Positions 62,187 to 64,000 of a stretch of DNA of 64,000 bases are shown piece after piece; the first letter of the stretch is position 1; each line of letters opens with the position of its first letter. The position numbers were made by a program, and so were the translations under genes. The notes beneath the pieces are model-generated. The model saw only the letters and a program-made list of their open reading frames with translations. It had not been told where the DNA came from and made no database searches. This DNA comes from Psilocybe cubensis (lineage: Eukaryota). The stretch spans positions 1,612,001 through 1,676,000 of the forward strand of contig CM039001.1 in assembly GCA_017499595.2 (NCBI GenBank). The letters run 5' to 3'.

Positions 62187-64000
62187 TTATCCAAACAAAC
62201 GAAAGCGTATGATTGTCCGTTGACCTGGTATAAAACGATGAGAATGGTCAGGAAGAACAGCTATCTCAAGTTCGCATTGCATGGTCTTTGCCAATGTGCT
62301 AATCGATGTCTGTCCGTCGTTTTGTTTGGGCCGCAGTATGGGTACGGGATAAAAGCAGGAATAACGGATGGAAATGCCTCCTCCTTCCAATTGCGATACC
62401 AGTCTCTTTGGACTAGAGTGAGAACGTCAGTTTAAAAACATGTAGAGATCTTTCGTAGACACTCCCACCTGAATTTGATCCTGCCTACATATTCAATTTC
62501 CCGTTTGAGTTTCAAAGCATTAGCGTCCACTTCCTCTTTTCGTTTTAGAATATCGAAATCAAGAGCAACCACAGAGAATTCGCCATCAAAGGCAAACAAG
62601 GCATTGGCAGAACGTGGCTGGTTGAACAGAAAAAAGATTGACTGCACTTGTAGGAACCCAGACAATCGACTCTTAAAATCAAGTAACACGGCAGTGAAAC
62701 ATTTGTATCGTTGATATGGACCCGGTCCCCGCGGCTGTCCAGACAGTAATCTATCAGGTTTACCGGCGATTGAAGGAGAATCTAAATACACACCCTTTCC
62801 ATAGGCTTCTTGCTACCCCGGTGCAATAACTTAGGTCCATCAGGGTATCTATCAATCGACGGAGTTCGGTTTACAAGCCAAAGTCGCCTCGCATTACATT
62901 GACTACAATCCCTCGATGTAGGATTCATCATTCCACAATCGAGGCTGCGACATCGACTGCTTGCACCTGCACTTTCTATTCTAATGAGATAATCCTGCGT
63001 GATTCAGTTCAATATAATGGAACAATAGCTGACGAATTTTATTAAGCTTACAAGTGACCGCAGCATGAAGTTAGCATCTCCGACCACTAGCTTTCGGCGG
63101 GAAGAAGTGGACGGTGACAAAGTAGTCTCCAAATTTTCTTGTTTCCTTCGCTCTGTTCGGCGAATGCGACACAAAGAGCACATTTTCCACCGATACTCAT
63201 TCACTGGAGGGATAATGAAGGTGCAAGTTCGAATAGCACATAGTCGAGCTCCCGGAACCAATCTGATCACACCCTTATATACAGGCATTTCTGTGGCAAG
63301 GTCCTACTCAAAGGTCGTGTCAGTAAAAATTTCCGACGGACGCAAATTTAGAGACATACCGTAGCTAACGGTGTACCCATACTTTGCGAATCCATCAATT
63401 CATCTTCCAACCGTAGATCAATTCTGGGAAGATTTTGCTTCCTGCGCTTATAATCTCGATTTCGAGCGCGACACAGGACGCATGACTTCCAACGCGACCC
63501 AGTAGGCAGAAGTTGCTCGCACCTCTGAGAAGAGCACTTCATAGTGTATGCACCCATCGGCCGTGGTGGTATCCGGATCTTGAAACCAGTTAGCACAGAG
63601 GGGCGCGACAACTAAAGATCTGGCTTCAATGGAAACGCTTGCAATATTGCAATATGAACTTACCTTTGTTTCTGAGCCCGACTCCGAATCCGAGTCCCTC
63701 TCGGGAGATTCAGTTAGGTCACTGAGATCACTATCCCACCCAGAAATCTGTTCAGCCTCGCCAAAGGTTGCATTATCCTGTTTGCAATCAGAAGAACTAG
63801 CAATTCCATGATTGACGCCAGACTTCGAATCCAAGGGATCTTGTGAGCATTCCTTCGACACCTCCGAAGATTCTTTTGGGATCAATATTGCTGCTTCAGG
63901 TGCTTCAGGTAGACCGACTTCAGCTTCCACTATCCCATCAAGGTTGAGATAGTCCTCTAGCTCAGGGGCATTGCTATTGTGTTGTTCAGCACTCGAAGAT
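62187..64000 (-). CDS. Hypothetical protein with three Cys4 motifs; 5' end outside the window
   Basis: Spliceable minus-strand exons with an acidic Ser-rich region, three C-x4-C...C-x2-C motifs and C-terminal ...PGQRTIIRFRLFG*. Confidence 0.7.

Noticed and set aside
62890-62950. Suspected frameshift in the third Cys motif of the last gene
   Set aside because: Re-reading shows a continuous frame (GMMNPTSRDCSQC), so it is not a pseudogene signal.
1-64000. Transposons, CRISPR arrays, rRNA/tRNA genes, secondary-metabolite cluster, TGA-CTA read-through PTS1 signals
   Set aside because: No transposase/RT motifs, terminal repeats, spaced repeats, PKS/NRPS/terpene synthase domains or read-through contexts found by eye. 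Small ncRNAs cannot be excluded without an Rfam scan.

Overview
Gene-dense, intron-rich eukaryotic DNA from a basidiomycete fungus, most likely an Agaricomycete. The inference rests on the many ~50-60 nt GT/GC-AG introns, microexons and gene content. About 33 protein-coding genes can be reconstructed, and no transposon, tRNA, rRNA or CRISPR feature is supportable. Recognisable genes: double-domain amidohydrolase, Reb1/DMTF1-like Myb protein, CCDC97-like, DOM34/pelota, class I CPD photolyase, MET6, Ran1/Pat1-type kinase, xylitol/sorbitol dehydrogenase, mitochondrial EF-G2, STE14, RPL9, PCF11, SWT1-like PIN nuclease, alpha-tubulin, GLN4, GRR1, a Gag1-like/DUF4050 protein, LSM3, U1-C, VTC1, SWC4, an AAA ATPase, a GPI-anchored GH79, a PAF-acetylhydrolase-like esterase, ARD1, a DUF676-like hydrolase and a phosducin-like protein. 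The most interesting candidates are regulatory or architectural: (1) GRR1 head-to-head with a Gag1-like gene across 120 bp, (2) an unusually long AT-rich first intron in PCF11 that may be an autoregulatory premature-polyadenylation element, (3) a structured 5'UTR intron in RPL9 with two competing helices, (4) an LSM3/U1-C divergent pair, (5) a 17-nt catalytic-Zn microexon between two GC-AG introns, (6) a start codon split by an intron, and (7) very short tandem gaps compatible with polycistronic transcripts. CDS coordinates span first to last coding exon and were spliced by eye. Family names are from recognition of motifs, not database searches.
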